A stretch of DNA of 59,931 nucleotides from Lachnospiraceae bacterium. Its GTDB lineage: Bacteria > Bacillota > Clostridia > Lachnospirales > Lachnospiraceae. Of the stretch, positions 19,491 to 29,847 are shown piece by piece; the first letter of the stretch is position 1; the number at the start of each line of letters is the position of its first letter. Below the pieces are notes generated by a model. The model had not been told where the DNA came from. It worked only from the letters and a program-made list of their open reading frames with translations, and ran no database searches. The stretch is taken from positions 1-59,931 of the forward strand of contig JAZLIL010000081.1 of assembly GCA_045617405.1 (NCBI GenBank). Reading direction: 5' to 3'. The translations under genes were made by a program, and so were the position numbers.

Positions 19491-21236
19491 GTGATGATTA
19501 GAAAGAATCTTGAAATCTATTTTAAGACTCTCGGTTTTACTCTTCCGAGGATTATCAAGCTTTACATCAGTGTACTGGTGGTAACGCTGCTCTCTGCCTT
19601 TGTCTATTTTCTGACCTGTTCGAACACCACGCTGTGTGCGGCCGCAACGTTTCTGACGGCGGCAGTAACAGTTTTTCTTGCGAGAAAGATTGTCAACTGG
19701 AAAAAGCACCGGATTAATTTCGCGCGAATAGGCATCTACGTTAAGTCAATCAGGGACGGAAAAGTTCCCAAAAGGGCAAAAAGGACGGGAAATGAGATTA
19801 TGTGGGAAGTCTACGACAAGAGGCTTTCGATTCTCTATCTTGTCAGGCAGACAATGAAGCTTGCTGTGCGGTTCATCGGAAGAAAGCGAAAGCCCGGCTT
19901 TGAGGAATTTTTCAGGGAATACGTTACCGATTGCAAGTCACTTCTTTCGTTTTATCTTGGAAATCTGATTCCTTTTGCGGGCACAATCTGCACCGCGTAC
20001 TACTTTGTCGGCAAAGAATCAACGCTGTTTGAAAAGCTTAAGCGCGGTATCAGACTGTTCTATGAGTATTTCCGGAAACTGTTCGGAAAGTGGATCGGAT
20101 GGATTCTGTTCTATACGGTAATTATTGCTGTTTTTGTCGTGCTTCGATACGGAAGTAATTATGAGGCGATAAATGCGTTTGGAGACAAATACAGCGACTA
20201 TTTCGGCTATATCATTACCGCCGTCGACAAGAGTGCAAAATCGACCGATAACGCCGAGGCGGCACTGGTCGTTTTCCTCACGGCGCTTGACACGGCATGT
20301 ATCTTCTTCCCGCTTATTAAGCCCTTCGGAGACATATCGATTATCCGCAGGTTTTTGAAATGTCTAAATGAAGACAATATAATTGAAAGCGTGGAAAAAG
20401 CTTCGAAGATAGTATTTTTTGATATCGACGGAACAATCTGGGACTGGGACGGCGTGATTCCCGACAGTACAAAGCAGGCAATCAGGCGGCTTAAGGCAAA
20501 CGGGCACATTCCGGTTATCTGCTCCGGTCGAAGCCGAAGTCACATCTGTTCAAAGGAGCTTCTCGACCTGCCGTTTGACGGCATAATCGGTGCCTGCGGC
20601 TGTCATGTCGAAGTCGGCGGAAAGATTATCAGAGAGCGCTACATCAAAAAAGAGTACCTGCCTGAAATTATCACTCTTTCCGAAAGGTGCGGTGTTCCGA
20701 TTGTTCTTGAAGGACCGTACAGGCATTGGGTTTCGGAAAAAGGCTTTGAAGGAGACAGCTTTGTAGACAATATGCGTAAGAGCATGGGGGAAAACTTTAT
20801 CCCGCTTCGCGGCTATTCAACTGACATGGTCGTAAACAAGTTCGCCGGTGATGTGATAGGAACATCCGATTTTGATACTTTCAGAAACGGACTTGCAGAT
20901 CATTTTGACTTTATTATACATGAGATTGCATCCGGGGATGATGTAAAATCTCCGGGTGACGATTCCGCAAAAGTCCTGACAGTCTTCGAGTGCGTCATCC
21001 CTGGGACCAGCAAGGCGGACGGCATCAGATGCATCTGCGACTGCTTCGGGCAGCAGCCGGAAGCCGCTTTCGCAATCGGTGACAGCAACAACGACATAGC
21101 GATGTTAAAATGCGTCGGCACCGGAATTGCAATGGGCAATGCCACTGATACTCTGAAGTCTGTCGCAGACTACGTCACTACAGATATTCACGATGACGGA
21201 ATACAAAACGCGCTTTTGCATTTCGGACTGATTTAA
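19491..21236 (+). CDS. Fusion protein: ~300-aa multi-pass membrane domain plus a C-terminal Cof-type HAD-IIB hydrolase
   Basis: GTG 19491 or ATG 19494. Hydrophobic helices span the first 300 aa. They are followed by FFDIDGTIW, ...CSGRS... and ...GDSNNDIAMLKCVGTGIAMGNA.... Confidence 0.75.
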   Translation: MMIRKNLEIYFKTLGFTLPRIIKLYISVLVVTLLSAFVYFLTCSNTTLCAAATFLTAAVTVFLARKIVNWKKHRINFARIGIYVKSIRDGKVPKRAKRTGNEIMWEVYDKRLSILYLVRQTMKLAVRFIGRKRKPGFEEFFREYVTDCKSLLSFYLGNLIPFAGTICTAYYFVGKESTLFEKLKRGIRLFYEYFRKLFGKWIGWILFYTVIIAVFVVLRYGSNYEAINAFGDKYSDYFGYIITAVDKSAKSTDNAEAALVVFLTALDTACIFFPLIKPFGDISIIRRFLKCLNEDNIIESVEKASKIVFFDIDGTIWDWDGVIPDSTKQAIRRLKANGHIPVICSGRSRSHICSKELLDLPFDGIIGACGCHVEVGGKIIRERYIKKEYLPEIITLSERCGVPIVLEGPYRHWVSEKGFEGDSFVDNMRKSMGENFIPLRGYSTDMVVNKFAGDVIGTSDFDTFRNGLADHFDFIIHEIASGDDVKSPGDDSAKVLTVFECVIPGTSKADGIRCICDCFGQQPEAAFAIGDSNNDIAMLKCVGTGIAMGNATDTLKSVADYVTTDIHDDGIQNALLHFGLI

Positions 21237-21459
21237 TCCTGTCGGCAGAGGAAAGAGAACGGTACATATATTCCTGTTCTTTTCTGCAAGCCGGCAGGAA
21301 AGAAGCAAGGTATTATCATGGCCATATTCGTCTTGAAATGGATGATGTTTTTGATATAATCAGTGTAGTATGTGGGGTTGATAAACTTTTACTTACGGCA
21401 GAAGAATTGCTGCTTTTGCTTGAGGCAGAAGGCTTGCGGTACGGGAGGAAAGAAGAGTT

Positions 21460-22440
21460 ATGTTTATTCGCTGCATGAAAAATTATTTTCACAGTCTGAG
21501 ATATGTGTTTTCGGCACTGGGGGTGATGTTTCTTGCACTGATGATCGGTATTTCGGTTTTCATATCAGGTTACAGGAATACGATAACGACCATGGTTACC
21601 GATGTTAAGGAACTGACCGACAGTACCGATTTGAGTTTAACAAGAGTTACTCAGAGTATCGCAAATGCGTTCAGAAGTCAGGATTCCGGTGAAAGACGTG
21701 AGCTTGCAAGCGTTGATGGCGCCGAGGAGTTTGTAACAGAGAGCATAGGCGACGCTATTTCGGGGACAGTTGACAATTATGCCAATTACGCATCGGGAAT
21801 AGCGGACATTATCGGTGTGACGGTTGCAAATTTGTTGCTGTTCATCGGGTTGTTTGTTCTGTTGCAGGTTTTGGGCGTTATCTTTGCCGGAACTCTTACT
21901 CAGTATTTCATCAGAACGGACATAGAGAAGCGAAACATCTTTAAGGCATTTGCGGCAAGACTGATTCACTGTTTTTTCGTGATTCTTACAATAGCAATAG
22001 TAGTGGTAATCGGATATTACCGGAATTACGTCGGACTTGTTCTTCTGGCACTCTATCCCTTCTTCTACTGTTTCATTACGCTTTTCAGTGCCTATCTGAC
22101 AAGCGGAAAGGGAAGACCGGGATTCAAATCGGTTGTCAGGCCGCGTGCGATATTTGCACTGTTTGCGGCAAACCTTGTGAGCATTGCATTCAGTATTTTG
22201 GTCGGTGCGGGAATTTTCGCTATCGGAAGCGGCATTATCGCAGTTTATATTGCAATTGCTTTGTTTATCGTAAGCGCAGCAGTAACATCGCTTAATGCCT
22301 CTGTTATTGTGCAGTTTAACAGGGAGAAGGCATGCGAAGCATCCTGTGTGATTTCGCAGGAGCCGGAGCCTTCTGATGTCAAAGAAGATTCGGAAGAAGC
22401 CGAAACAGAAACACCATCAGAGGACGGAGAAAATAAATAG
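21460..22440 (+). CDS. Hypothetical membrane protein with an acidic C-terminal tail
   Basis: 326 aa, ~6 TM helices, tail ...EPEPSDVKEDSEEAETETPSEDGENK. AGGAAAGAAGAG lies upstream of the ATG. Confidence 0.6.
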   Translation: MFIRCMKNYFHSLRYVFSALGVMFLALMIGISVFISGYRNTITTMVTDVKELTDSTDLSLTRVTQSIANAFRSQDSGERRELASVDGAEEFVTESIGDAISGTVDNYANYASGIADIIGVTVANLLLFIGLFVLLQVLGVIFAGTLTQYFIRTDIEKRNIFKAFAARLIHCFFVILTIAIVVVIGYYRNYVGLVLLALYPFFYCFITLFSAYLTSGKGRPGFKSVVRPRAIFALFAANLVSIAFSILVGAGIFAIGSGIIAVYIAIALFIVSAAVTSLNASVIVQFNREKACEASCVISQEPEPSDVKEDSEEAETETPSEDGENK

Positions 22441-22457
22441 CTTGAAGGAGGAATGTT

Positions 22458-22919
22458 ATGTACGCAAAGCACGAGCCCCAGGGGCTGTATCTTGAGGATT
22501 ATGTTATCGGAAAGGAGTACGTCAGCCAAAGCCGTACCATTACGGAGGCCGATGTAACGAATTTCGCAGGTCTTTCGGGTGACTTTAATCCGCTTCACAC
22601 AGATGAGGAGTTTGGAAAGACAACAATGTTCGGGACAAGGATTGCGCATGGTGCGCTTGGATTTATTGTTTCGACAGGTCTCACAAACATGATGGGAATT
22701 GCTGAGGGAACTACAATCGCATTTCTTGAGTGTACAGTAAAGTACCCTGCACCGCTTAAGATTGGTGACACTGTCCGCGTTGTACTCACTCCTACGGAGA
22801 CGAAGCACAGCTCAAAGCCCGGCAAAGGAATCCTTAAGCAGAACATCAAGCTTGTCAACCAGGATGATGTTTGCGTGATGGAATCAGATCAGGTGCTCAT
22901 GGTCAAGGCCAGGGAGTAA
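22458..22919 (+). CDS. MaoC-like (R)-specific enoyl-CoA hydratase/dehydratase
   Basis: Hot-dog fold motif ...FAGLSGDFNPLHTDEEF......IAHG.... 153 aa. Confidence 0.85.
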   Translation: MYAKHEPQGLYLEDYVIGKEYVSQSRTITEADVTNFAGLSGDFNPLHTDEEFGKTTMFGTRIAHGALGFIVSTGLTNMMGIAEGTTIAFLECTVKYPAPLKIGDTVRVVLTPTETKHSSKPGKGILKQNIKLVNQDDVCVMESDQVLMVKARE

Positions 22920-22924
22920 ATGAC

Positions 22925-23602
22925 TCAGTGTTTTCCCTTTAATATCGGTGAAATCGATTTATAGATGAGCATCGTGATAACTACGCAGAGCAGACCCTTT
23001 ACGGTTGTGAAAGGCAGGTTGAAAACGAAGAGACTCTGAAGAACCGACTTCATTCCGGGAAGAATTGCCTGATAGGCTGAAAGAACGACCTCTTCAGGCA
23101 TAAATGCCTTATAGTAGAAGGGGTAAACAACAAAATAGTTCGAAGGGATGCAGATGATACCCATTGCGAAGGCACCGAGGATACCGCCGATAAGGGCATT
23201 CCTTTTTGTCTTTTTGTGTTTGTAGACAGCCCCGGCCGTGAAGCAGAATACCGCTCCGAGGATGAAGTTTGAAAGCTCGCCGACAGTGGCACTTTGAGAG
23301 ACGAGGCAATGCAGCAGGTTCTTTACAAACTCAATTAGTACACCTGCGACAGGTCCGTAGGCAAATGCGCCGATAAGTGCGGGAAGATCCGAAAGATCGA
23401 ACGTGATGAAAAACGGCATGACGGGCAATGAAATTTCAATGTACTGGAGTACAAATGCAAGTGCCGCAAGCATTGAAATTCCCGCGATTTCTCTTGTGGA
23501 GAGCTTTTTGTCCAATGTCGCGGTTTCAGTGCTGCCCTTTGAAGATTTGGTGCGATGCTTTTTAAGAATGTTCTTTTCAGATAAATCGGTAGTATTGTTC
23601 AT
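22925..23602 (-). CDS. ribU: ECF transporter S component, riboflavin type (RibU-like)
   Basis: ATG 23602 follows AAAGGAG. About 5-6 TM helices. It lies directly downstream of an FMN riboswitch. Confidence 0.8.
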   Translation of the reverse strand: MNNTTDLSEKNILKKHRTKSSKGSTETATLDKKLSTREIAGISMLAALAFVLQYIEISLPVMPFFITFDLSDLPALIGAFAYGPVAGVLIEFVKNLLHCLVSQSATVGELSNFILGAVFCFTAGAVYKHKKTKRNALIGGILGAFAMGIICIPSNYFVVYPFYYKAFMPEEVVLSAYQAILPGMKSVLQSLFVFNLPFTTVKGLLCVVITMLIYKSISPILKGKH

Positions 23603-23611
23603 TTTTTCTCC

Positions 23612-23742
23612 TTTCATCCAGACTATACTGTCGGTTCCGGAATCGCACCGGATCAGCCTTAACGGCTTGCGGACTACCAAAGGATTACCGCCGATCGGGA
23701 ATTCTCTAAAAGAGTCACCCTGCCCCGAAGAATCTATTTTCA
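23612..23742 (-). promoter_or_regulatory. FMN riboswitch (RFN element)
   Basis: The minus strand reads ...CTTCGGGGCAGGGTGA...ATTCCCGATCGGCGGTAA...AGTCCGCAAGCC...GATCCGGTGCGATTCCGGAACCGACAGTATAGTCTGGATGAAAGGAG, matching the conserved RFN core. The 3' end abuts the ribU SD, so control is probably translational. Confidence 0.85.
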
Positions 23743-23753
23743 TTGACAGATGA

Positions 23754-23782
23754 ATTCTAGCTCTACGTTTTCGTAATGTCAA
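23754..23782 (-). promoter_or_regulatory. Sigma-70-type promoter of the FMN riboswitch-ribU unit
   Basis: Minus strand: TTGACA (23782-23777), 17 nt, TAGAAT (23759-23754). Confidence 0.55.
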
Positions 23783-23890
23783 GCAAATTGTGATGCAAAC
23801 TAAAATCCGGATGCTCTATGCCGGTACCGGCGGGATTTGATGCCGGATACGGAGACCGTTTTGCATCAGGTAAATAAGGAGGGAGAAGAA

Positions 23891-24472
23891 ATGAAGGTTT
23901 TGATGATTAACGGCAGTCGCCGTGCAAACGGATGTACATTTACAGCACTTAATGTTATTGCTGATTCTCTCAAAAAGCAGGGAGTTGATTCCGAAATATT
24001 ACACATCGGCGACAAAGTGCTTAACGGCGAAATCAATGAGACGGTTGCAAATGCAAAGGAGCTTATGAAAGACTGTGACGCGCTTATTGTCGGTTCGCCG
24101 GTATACTATGCTTCACCGAGCGGCGAGGTAGAGGTTTTCCTTGACAGATTTTTCGCAGCTGCGGGCGATTTTCTTGAGTATAAGCCTGCTGCAGCAATCT
24201 GCTCGGCACGGCGTGGCGGCACAACGGCATCAATCGATGCCCTCAACAAGTACTTTATGATTCTTCAGATGCCGATTGTATCTTCAACTTACTGGAACAT
24301 GGTACATGGCAACAGTCCCGAGGACGTTTTGCAGGATGAGGAAGGTCTTCAGATTATGCGCTGTCTGGGAACGAACATGGCCTGGATTCTTAAAAGTATC
24401 GAAGCCGGTAAGGCTTCCGGTGTTACTCAGCCTGAAAAGGAGAAAAAGATCAAGACTAATTTCGTAAGATGA
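23891..24472 (+). CDS. Flavodoxin-like fold NAD(P)H-dependent FMN reductase
   Basis: ATG 23891 follows GGAGGGAG. MKVLMINGSRR...GSPVYY.S.S... pattern. 193 aa. Confidence 0.8.
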   Translation: MKVLMINGSRRANGCTFTALNVIADSLKKQGVDSEILHIGDKVLNGEINETVANAKELMKDCDALIVGSPVYYASPSGEVEVFLDRFFAAAGDFLEYKPAAAICSARRGGTTASIDALNKYFMILQMPIVSSTYWNMVHGNSPEDVLQDEEGLQIMRCLGTNMAWILKSIEAGKASGVTQPEKEKKIKTNFVR

Positions 24473-24603
24473 TTATTTTGCACTTTTAGCGGAAATAGGG
24501 TATTATATTGCGTCGACTAAGACATTTATTTCATGTATTATCAGCATTACACTGATACCATCAAGGTTATGAATTGTTCGTAAAAACATTGGAGGGACAG
24601 TAT

Positions 24604-25020
24604 ATGTGTTACAATTATGAAAAAGAAAGAATCGAAGCAATTGATGCCGGAAGGTATGCCCTTGGAAATCTGAATGCAGCAAAGAACGAGCTTGACACCG
24701 CAAGGGGTTGGGGAATCATCGACATCCTCGGGGGCGGCTTCATTTCGACGGCGATAAAGCAGAGCAAGATGAATTCTGCCCGCCGATGCATTGAACGCGC
24801 AAAACAGGATCTTGCGAGATTCAGCAGGGAGCTTAACGACCTCGCGGGTCACATTACAATCAATATTGATCTTGATTCGTTTGCATCGTTCGCAGATTAT
24901 TTCTTTGACGGAATGATTGCGGATTTCTACGTGCAGTCGAAGATAAACCAGGCACGGGAACAGGTGGAAGAGGCGATTTCGATGGTGTCATCAATCCTTA
25001 ACAGGCTTGAGTTTCGGTAA
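24604..25020 (+). CDS. Hypothetical protein (138 aa, helical or coiled-coil prediction)
   Basis: ATG 24604 lies 7 nt after GGAGGG. I recognise no motif. Confidence 0.5.
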   Translation: MCYNYEKERIEAIDAGRYALGNLNAAKNELDTARGWGIIDILGGGFISTAIKQSKMNSARRCIERAKQDLARFSRELNDLAGHITINIDLDSFASFADYFFDGMIADFYVQSKINQAREQVEEAISMVSSILNRLEFR

Positions 25021-25049
25021 AATTGGCCTCTGACAAGCTCGGGCAGGGT

Positions 25050-26627
25050 TTAACCGAAGTATTCGATCAGGTTCTTCAGGCTTTCACAGATGTCTCCGAT
25101 GGTCTTGAGGCTGCTACTGAGATCGTTTATATCGCAGCTTACACTCGTTGTAGATGCCGAAACCTGCTCTGAGATTGCCGCGTTCTGCTCCGATCCGGAT
25201 GACAGTCTTGAGATGACTTCAAGAAGCTCGTCCTTTACGATATTAAGAGAATCAGCCTTTTCTCTGATGTTTTCGAGCTTGCGTTCAATGGAGAAAATGT
25301 TGGTTTTGAGTGCGGCCATCTTTTCGGATACTACAGCAGCCTTTTCGAGCTGAAGATTATTTGCGGCGACAAGCTGTTCGTTGGACAGGGTCGCCTTTTT
25401 CATTGTGTTAACGATGCCCTTGATAATCTCGGAGGTCTCGCGTGCTGATTCGGCAGAATTGTTGGCAAGAGTTTTTATCTCTTCGGCAACAACGGCAAAG
25501 CCCTTGCCGTACTGACCGGCATGGCTTGCTTCTACAGAAGCGTTGAGAGCCAGCAGATTGATCTGGAGTGCAAGATCGTCAATTGCCTTAACGACCTTAG
25601 TTGCCTGATCGGTGCTTTCAACACCCATCCTGATATCGTGTGAAACATTCTGAACGATTGTATTATTGTTGTTAATGTCAAGGTTCAGCTCGCTTATGCT
25701 GTTTTCAGATTCCTCAACGCAGGCATTTATTGTCCTGATGTAGTTGAAGCTCTCGTCAATTTCGTTGTTGACAATGCTGATGCTTGAAGTGAATTCTTCG
25801 GTAGATGCCATCGCTTCTTCGGTTGCAGCCGCCTGACTCATGGCACCTTCCGCAACGTTTGTCATTGCCTTTGAGATTTCAGATGCTTCGGAATCTGTCT
25901 TGTCTGAGATAATTTTCACCTTTGATGAGAATGCTTCAAGTTCTTCATATCCGTCTGTCATTCTCGATGAGAGGGCAGAAGAAATCTTAAGAAGAAGCCT
26001 GTTTGAAATGATGTTGATTGCGACATAGATAACAACGGCGCAGGCAATGATCGAAAGCGATATGATAAGCGTCGCCCGGTTGACTGCATCCTGATTGATA
26101 CCCGTAAAGAGCATTCCGAAGAAGCGGTCATCAGCGGTGTAGATTGGCTCATAGCAGACGGTGTATTTTGCGTTGATAATCTTGACTGAGTTTTTCGTGT
26201 AGGTGTTTCCGGCTTTTACAAGCTCGTAGATTTTCGGATCGGCCTGTGTTCCGAGAACGTAATTTCCGCTTGCGTCTCTGATGTTTGTCAGGACACGTGT
26301 GTCATCATAAAAGATTGTGTGAAAAACACTCGAGTCATCGTTGTTGATTTCGTTGAAGAGGTCAACGCTTATTTCTTTTGCACCGCAGAAAATTGTGCCG
26401 GTGTCTTCGATGTATTTCCAGTCGTGCTGTCCGTTTTCGAGCCCTTCCTTCAGGTGCGTTGTCGAAGCCTGGGCCATGTTCTTGTAATTTTGCTTTATCT
26501 CGTTTACAACAAGAAGAACCGAGATAACACCAACAATTAATGCAACTACTGCTACGGACAAAATTACAAGACGTCTCAGCTCACTCCTGACCGTAGTTGT
26601 TCTCTTTTTCTCTTTTGTTCTATTCAT
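25050..26627 (-). CDS. Methyl-accepting chemotaxis protein with a periplasmic Cache-like sensor
   Basis: ATG 26627 follows GGAG. The N-terminal TM helix, ~170-aa extracellular domain and second TM helix are followed by the conserved signalling hairpin (...LALNASVEASHAGQYGKGFAVVAEEIKTLA...). Confidence 0.9.
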   Translation of the reverse strand: MNRTKEKKRTTTVRSELRRLVILSVAVVALIVGVISVLLVVNEIKQNYKNMAQASTTHLKEGLENGQHDWKYIEDTGTIFCGAKEISVDLFNEINNDDSSVFHTIFYDDTRVLTNIRDASGNYVLGTQADPKIYELVKAGNTYTKNSVKIINAKYTVCYEPIYTADDRFFGMLFTGINQDAVNRATLIISLSIIACAVVIYVAINIISNRLLLKISSALSSRMTDGYEELEAFSSKVKIISDKTDSEASEISKAMTNVAEGAMSQAAATEEAMASTEEFTSSISIVNNEIDESFNYIRTINACVEESENSISELNLDINNNNTIVQNVSHDIRMGVESTDQATKVVKAIDDLALQINLLALNASVEASHAGQYGKGFAVVAEEIKTLANNSAESARETSEIIKGIVNTMKKATLSNEQLVAANNLQLEKAAVVSEKMAALKTNIFSIERKLENIREKADSLNIVKDELLEVISRLSSGSEQNAAISEQVSASTTSVSCDINDLSSSLKTIGDICESLKNLIEYFG

Positions 26628-26846
26628 AAAAATCTCCGTTCTGCACATTGCCAAATTGTGAATAGAGTGAAAAATGCCCCCAACATGGTACATTATAGTA
26701 CACAAAGATGAAATTTTCAACATATATATAAAAATACGTGATAGAATGTGGCTGAATAGCAGCGAAATGCTGTATGTAAATGTGAAAGTTGTAGTGGAAT
26801 GGTTTACAAAATTGTATATAATGGTAGAAAAAGAGAGGGACAGACG

Positions 26847-27329
26847 ATGGGAAGAAGATCAACAAAGGAAAACAAGAATATATATCAGTTAAGTCGTGAA
26901 TCACTTAATCTGACAAGAGAGGCTGCCTCCGAGGTGCTTGCGTTCATGACTCCGGACAGGATAGAGAAGATTGAAAACGAAAAGAGTACGCCGCACCCCG
27001 ACGAGATCCTTGCTATGGCAAATGCTTACAGGAATCCGTCACTGTGCAATTATTACTGTTCTCACGAATGCTCCATCGGTCATGAGTGCGTTCCTGAAGT
27101 GCAGTCAAAGGACCTTTCGCAGATTACGCTTGAAGTTGTAGCAACACTCAATAACCTTGTCCGCGAGCGCGACAGACTGATTGAGATTACTGTTGACGGC
27201 AAGATTACGGATGACGAGGTTCCCGATTTTCTTAAGATCAAGGCAGAGCTTGAAAAGATGTCCGGGACAATCGATTCGTTAAAACTCTGGATTGACAAAA
27301 CAATTGCGTCAGGGCAGCTTTCGCTGTAA
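26847..27329 (+). CDS. XRE-family helix-turn-helix protein with a Cys/His cluster
   Basis: ATG 26847 follows AGAGGGA. The N-terminal HTH-like segment is followed by CNYYCSHECSIGHEC, a possible metal site. Confidence 0.6.
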   Translation: MGRRSTKENKNIYQLSRESLNLTREAASEVLAFMTPDRIEKIENEKSTPHPDEILAMANAYRNPSLCNYYCSHECSIGHECVPEVQSKDLSQITLEVVATLNNLVRERDRLIEITVDGKITDDEVPDFLKIKAELEKMSGTIDSLKLWIDKTIASGQLSL

Positions 27330-27854
27330 GTGTACGATATGGGAATGAGCTTTGATACAATACTGATAATAGTCCAGATTTTTGTGGTTATTGTGAGTGT
27401 CTACATGGCATTCACCGAGGACAAAAAGAAAATATATCTTCTTACGTTTCTGATCAATTTCGGAACGTTTCTGCTCTATGTTATCAACCGTGACACTGCA
27501 ACGATGATTTCGTGTGCCATTCTTACGGTGAGGGCACTTGCCTACATTTTCAGGGACAGATTTAAGACACCTGCCATCCCTGTTGCCTTTATCGCAATAC
27601 ATCTTGTAATGGGCGCTTTTACGATTGAGGATGCCTGGCAGCTTCTTCCCGTTCTCGCACCCTGTTTTACGGCCGCATACATGTGGTGGGGAAAAACAAC
27701 CCAGCAGCTTCGTTTCGGTGCGATGGTAACCTGTGCAATGTGGTCTGTATATGAGGGAATGAGCGGGCTTTTCATTGTAATGGTCTGCGATGGAATAACA
27801 GCGCTTGCCAATCTTGTTTCAATTATTTTGCACCGCTTTTTTATCAGAGAGTGA
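27330..27854 (+). CDS. YgjV-like inner membrane protein
   Basis: About 5 TM helices and ~170 aa. Alternative starts at ATG 27339 and 27345. The family call is from general resemblance only. Confidence 0.55.
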   Translation: MYDMGMSFDTILIIVQIFVVIVSVYMAFTEDKKKIYLLTFLINFGTFLLYVINRDTATMISCAILTVRALAYIFRDRFKTPAIPVAFIAIHLVMGAFTIEDAWQLLPVLAPCFTAAYMWWGKTTQQLRFGAMVTCAMWSVYEGMSGLFIVMVCDGITALANLVSIILHRFFIRE

Positions 27855-29720
27855 GATCGCCACTCCGAGAGCAAACCAGAAAACAGGTGCGGCGGTGATG
27901 CAGCTGTCGTTTATAAGAGCTGTAATCATGAAACCGAGAAGGCCTGCGAAAAGACCGATATTCCTGCTTCTGAAGCTTTTGATAAGGCACAGGACAAACA
28001 GCACAAGCATCAGGATAAGTGCCGGGATTCCGTTCGAAACGGCGTACTGAAGATACATGTTGTGAGGTCGGTCGATGACGTACTTGCATGAGCCGTGTGT
28101 GTTTAAAAGACCGACTATTTCGTTTTGTCTGAAGCAGAACGGGAAGTTGCCGCAGCCCTTGCCTATGAGAAGACATTCGAAAAGAATCGGAAGAGACTGC
28201 ACCCAGATATAGCCACGGCCCGTCGCAAAACCGTAGAAGTGTTCAAAGCCTGTAATTGCGGGCTGTACGATGTAATCCGTTGTCTCGCTGCCTTGGGCGA
28301 AGGCGCGGAAACCGTTCAGCATTGCAAACGGGGCAGTACCTTCGTATCCGAAATGAACATAGAGCATTCGCTCGTCTGTGGCAATGGTGACGGCTTCAAA
28401 GCGTTCGTCATCCGGTCTGATGCCGTTCATATGAAAATCGAGTCTGTCATTGTCGATTGATGAGGGGAGTCTTTCAAGGGTTTTATTATCACCGTCGGTA
28501 AGTGTGATGCAGTCAACGAAGCTGTCAGGTGAAGCACCTGTCATTTCGTATTCATCAAGCTTTGACACATCAAGGATCAGATGAAGCGTGTTCTCCCCCG
28601 AAGTGAAGAAAAGCTCCCCGCCAATAAGCTCTGCCTTGTCGAGCTTAAAGAGCTTTTGTGATGAGTTGTCGGAAACATCAGCCTTCACGGTGGATTGCGG
28701 TGAAGACGGTTCGGATGACGTGTTTCCGGTCTTTCCCGCTCCGAGGGTAATCGATGCGAAGATGAGGACGGCGCCAAGCGCGGCTGAAGCGACCAGCTTT
28801 ATGATAACGGTTCCCTTTTTGGGAGCCTTTTTTATTGCAAAGAAAGAAACCACAGGCAGGGAGACAATCATGCTGATCCATGCTGCTTTTGAATTCGAGC
28901 CGTACATGGCGACACTTAAGAAACCGACACTTGCCGTGCGGAGGATGGCCTTCGGAAAGGAAAAAGCATCTTCACTGTCAAGAGTAATTGCAAGGTCAAT
29001 CGGAAGCAGGAGAGCGGTGAAGCTTCCGAGAAAACCAGGATTGTTAAACAGGAGAGAGGACTGTCCCTCGAAGTAGAGGTTTTTGATGCTCTCTGCAATG
29101 ACGTAGTTCTCTTTGGCCGAGATGAGGTGCTGGAAAAAGGTGAATTCCAGAATCGGCTTGCAGCAAAGCTCTATGAAGCTTAACAGTCCCGTTATCAGTG
29201 ACAGAAGGATTGCGGCATGGCTAAGGTATTTTCTTGCGTAGGGAGCATTAAAATACAAAATGCCGATAAAAAGCAGAACAATATATGATATGAGGGCAAT
29301 CAGCCCTTCATATTCCGAATTGACTCCGAAGAGGGCAGTGGAGCGGTTTTCAGACAAAAAGAAGGAAATAAGTTCAAGGATGAGCATTCCCGACAGGCAG
29401 ACGAGCGGAACACGAAGAGATTTGATGCGGGAACGGTCAAGACGCCTCGGCCGGTCGGGAAAGACAAACTCTCCGGCAAAGAAAAGGATAGCAAGACCTG
29501 AAAAGAGTGCAATTGCAATTTCCTTTGAGAAGAGGGCGATATCGACGATGAACCCGTTTGTTGAGGTGAAGATCAGCTGCTCGTTTTCGGGAATTTTAAG
29601 AATCGTGAGTCTGGCAATAAAAGGAAATACGCACATGAATATGAGCGAAATGATGGAAAACCATCTGTCGTAGGTGGGAAATAATGTCTTTGCGGCGGTT
29701 TTTCTGTTGTTCTTTATCAT
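27819..29720 (-). CDS. O-antigen ligase / Wzy_C family membrane protein with a large extracytoplasmic insert
   Basis: 633 aa, more than 10 TM helices, and a ~200-aa soluble domain (aa ~340-520) before the last TM block. Its 3' end overlaps the convergent ygjV-like gene by 36 nt. Confidence 0.7.
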   Translation of the reverse strand: MIKNNRKTAAKTLFPTYDRWFSIISLIFMCVFPFIARLTILKIPENEQLIFTSTNGFIVDIALFSKEIAIALFSGLAILFFAGEFVFPDRPRRLDRSRIKSLRVPLVCLSGMLILELISFFLSENRSTALFGVNSEYEGLIALISYIVLLFIGILYFNAPYARKYLSHAAILLSLITGLLSFIELCCKPILEFTFFQHLISAKENYVIAESIKNLYFEGQSSLLFNNPGFLGSFTALLLPIDLAITLDSEDAFSFPKAILRTASVGFLSVAMYGSNSKAAWISMIVSLPVVSFFAIKKAPKKGTVIIKLVASAALGAVLIFASITLGAGKTGNTSSEPSSPQSTVKADVSDNSSQKLFKLDKAELIGGELFFTSGENTLHLILDVSKLDEYEMTGASPDSFVDCITLTDGDNKTLERLPSSIDNDRLDFHMNGIRPDDERFEAVTIATDERMLYVHFGYEGTAPFAMLNGFRAFAQGSETTDYIVQPAITGFEHFYGFATGRGYIWVQSLPILFECLLIGKGCGNFPFCFRQNEIVGLLNTHGSCKYVIDRPHNMYLQYAVSNGIPALILMLVLFVLCLIKSFRSRNIGLFAGLLGFMITALINDSCITAAPVFWFALGVAISLSDKKAVQNN

Positions 29721-29847
29721 GGCATTTTCCTTTAATCATTATGGCGGCAGACAATCGTTATGAGAAAGTCTGCCGCCTGATCGGATGTAATACGTCTTTG
29801 TGAAAGTTGCACCCGGTGTGCCGATGCAGCACCGGACTTAAGTACAA

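Noticed and set aside
26847-27854. The XRE-like regulator plus a small membrane protein as a prophage, toxin-antitoxin or defence marker.
   Set aside because: There is no integrase, toxin-like partner, phage structural gene or att-like repeat nearby. The flanks are ordinary chromosomal genes.
27819-27854. A 36-nt overlap of the convergent ygjV-like and Wzy_C genes as a regulatory antisense feature.
   Set aside because: Short convergent overlaps are common. No hairpin or conserved element is visible, and the overlap may also reflect uncertainty about the true 3' ends.
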